A stretch of DNA of 64,000 nt from Alistipes timonensis. GTDB taxonomy: Bacteria > Bacteroidota > Bacteroidia > Bacteroidales > Muribaculaceae. Both the position numbers and the translations under genes were made by a program. The stretch spans positions 14,053-78,052 of the forward strand of contig JAMPHO010000004.1 of NCBI GenBank assembly GCA_023663385.1, given 5' to 3'. Shown here piece by piece: positions 62,622-64,000 of the stretch. Positions within the stretch are counted from its first letter, which is position 1. Each line of letters begins with the position of its first letter. The notes below the pieces were generated by a model. The model saw only the letters and a program-made list of their open reading frames with translations. It searched no databases and was not told the DNA's origin.

Positions 62622-64000
62622 TCACTTGTTGAGCGACCACTCGAACGAGCCGTCGCGCGTATCCTTCACGGCGAAGCCTATCGCGGCCAGGCGGTCGCGG
62701 ATCAGGTCGGAGGTGGCCCAGTCCTTGGCGGCCTTGGCCTGCGCGCGCACTTCGAGCAGCAGGTTCACGGCCTCCTGATAAGGTGCCAATGCCCCCTCGC
62801 CACCCTCGGCCCCGTCGGCGGGGAGCATTCCGAGAATCTCGAAAAGGAAGGTGTCGAAGAGTTCCCTGAGGGCGTCTATGTCGGCCTGGGTGGCGCGCAT
62901 ATGGCCGTCGCGTGCCTTGTTGATGAGCGACAGCGCCTCGAACAGGTGGGCTATAACCACCGGGGTGTTGAAGTCGTCGTTCATCGCGTCGTAGCACGCC
63001 TGGCGTATCTTGGCGATCTCCCCGGCCATGTCGCTCTCGGCGGCGGGCTTGAGGTCGGCCAGGCGCTTCCACCCCTCCATCATGCGGGCATATGCCTTCT
63101 CGGAAGCCTGAAGGGCCTCGTTGGAGAAGTCAACCGTCGAGCGGTAGTGGGCCTGGAGGAGGAAGAAGCGGATCGTCATAGGCGAATAGGGCTGCTGGAG
63201 CAGCTCGTGGCGCCCGGTGAAGAACTCATCGAGGGTTATGAAGTTCCCCTTCGACTTGCTCATCTTCTCGCCGTTGATGGTCAGCATATTGTTGTGCATC
63301 CAGTAGCGCACGCTGTCGCGGCCGTTATGGGCCACGCTCTGCGCGATTTCGCACTCGTGGTGGGGGAACTTGAGGTCCATGCCGCCGCCGTGGATGTCGA
63401 ACTGCTCGCCCAGGTACTTCTCGCTCATCACGGAGCATTCGAGGTGCCACCCGGGGAAGCCGTCGCTCCAGGGTGAGGGCCAGCGCATTATATGCTCGGG
63501 AGCCGCCTTCTTCCAGAGGGCGAAGTCGGCCGCCTCGCGTTTCTCCTGCTGGCCGTCGAGGGCGCGGGTCTCGGAGAGGAGCTCGTCGATGTTGCGCCCC
63601 GAGAGCTTGCCGTAGTGGTGGTCGGCGTTATACTTGCGCACGTCGAAGTACACCGAGCCGTCGCTGACGTAGGCGTAGCCCGCGTCGAGAATCGCCTGTA
63701 TATACTGCTGCTGCTCGATGATGTGGCCCGATGCGTGGGGCTCGATCGAGGGGGGGAGCACGTTGAGGCGCTCCATGTCGCGGTGGTAGCTGTTGAGGTA
63801 GTGCTGCACCACCTCCATGGGCTCCAGACGCTCCAGGCGCGCTTTCTTGGCTATCTTGTCCTCCCCTTCGTCGGCGTCATGCTCCAGGTGGCCTACGTCG
63901 GTGATGTTGCGCACATAGCGCACCTTCAGCCCCAGGTGAGTGAGGTAGCGGAACACTACGTCGAAGGTGATGGCCGGGCGGGCGTGGCCCAGGTGGCCGT
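62622..64000 (-). CDS. cysS: Cysteine--tRNA ligase (5' end beyond the window)
   Basis: The frame stays open to the window edge. KMSKS motif [11 protein letters not shown] and the class I synthetase core. The N-terminal HIGH region is not in the window. Confidence 0.9.
   Translation of the reverse strand, partial: GHLGHARPAITFDVVFRYLTHLGLKVRYVRNITDVGHLEHDADEGEDKIAKKARLERLEPMEVVQHYLNSYHRDMERLNVLPPSIEPHASGHIIEQQQYIQAILDAGYAYVSDGSVYFDVRKYNADHHYGKLSGRNIDELLSETRALDGQQEKREAADFALWKKAAPEHIMRWPSPWSDGFPGWHLECSVMSEKYLGEQFDIHGGGMDLKFPHHECEIAQSVAHNGRDSVRYWMHNNMLTINGEKMSKSKGNFITLDEFFTGRHELLQQPYSPMTIRFFLLQAHYRSTVDFSNEALQASEKAYARMMEGWKRLADLKPAAESDMAGEIAKIRQACYDAMNDDFNTPVVIAHLFEALSLINKARDGHMRATQADIDALRELFDTFLFEILGMLPADGAEGGEGALAPYQEAVNLLLEVRAQAKAAKDWATSDLIRDRLAAIGFAVKDTRDGSFEWSLNK

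Overview
High-G+C Bacteroidota chromosomal segment. This is supported by a SusC/SusD pair, T9SS C-terminal sorting domains, TAnnTTTG-type -7 promoter boxes and leaders without Shine-Dalgarno sequences. A Bacteroidales lineage such as Alistipes/Rikenellaceae is only a guess. I support 47 protein-coding genes and found no rRNA, tRNA, CRISPR array or transposase. Mostly housekeeping content: a complete five-gene glycine-cleavage operon (gcvT-gcvH-gcvPA-gcvPB-lpdA), ClC channel, HAD phosphatase, acyl-CoA synthetase, OmpA, hflX-dgt, three tandem FKBP isomerases, glgB, asd, a CPA2 antiporter translationally coupled to a DUF1846 gene, psd-pssA, nadB, pgi, a RecD-like helicase and a partial cysS. Accessory content: two T9SS-sorted surface proteins, a GH110-like beta-helix hydrolase, an enzyme-less and regulator-less SusC/D/E/F locus, a YoeB-type toxin-antitoxin pair in an A+T-richer pocket, and a five-gene LicD/cytidylyltransferase-oxidoreductase/aminotransferase/kinase cassette. 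The most interesting candidate is at 18.1-21.0 kb. A soluble phosphatidylserine-decarboxylase-fold (pyruvoyl) paralog with intact autoprocessing motifs sits directly upstream of a GadC-like APC antiporter, while the canonical psd-pssA pair lies elsewhere in the same window. This looks like an uncharacterised pyruvoyl decarboxylase/antiporter (amine-forming or acid-resistance type) module. The intergenic DNA is unusually repeat-rich: a 2 x 165-bp direct repeat with a covarying hairpin, a 30-nt dispersed inverted element, several short tandem-repeat arrays, an iteron-like cluster of TTTTCCACC boxes, and a recurrent extended -7 motif TAnnTT(T/C)GCGG. Many long ORFs in the track are antisense artefacts of the high G+C content and were rejected.
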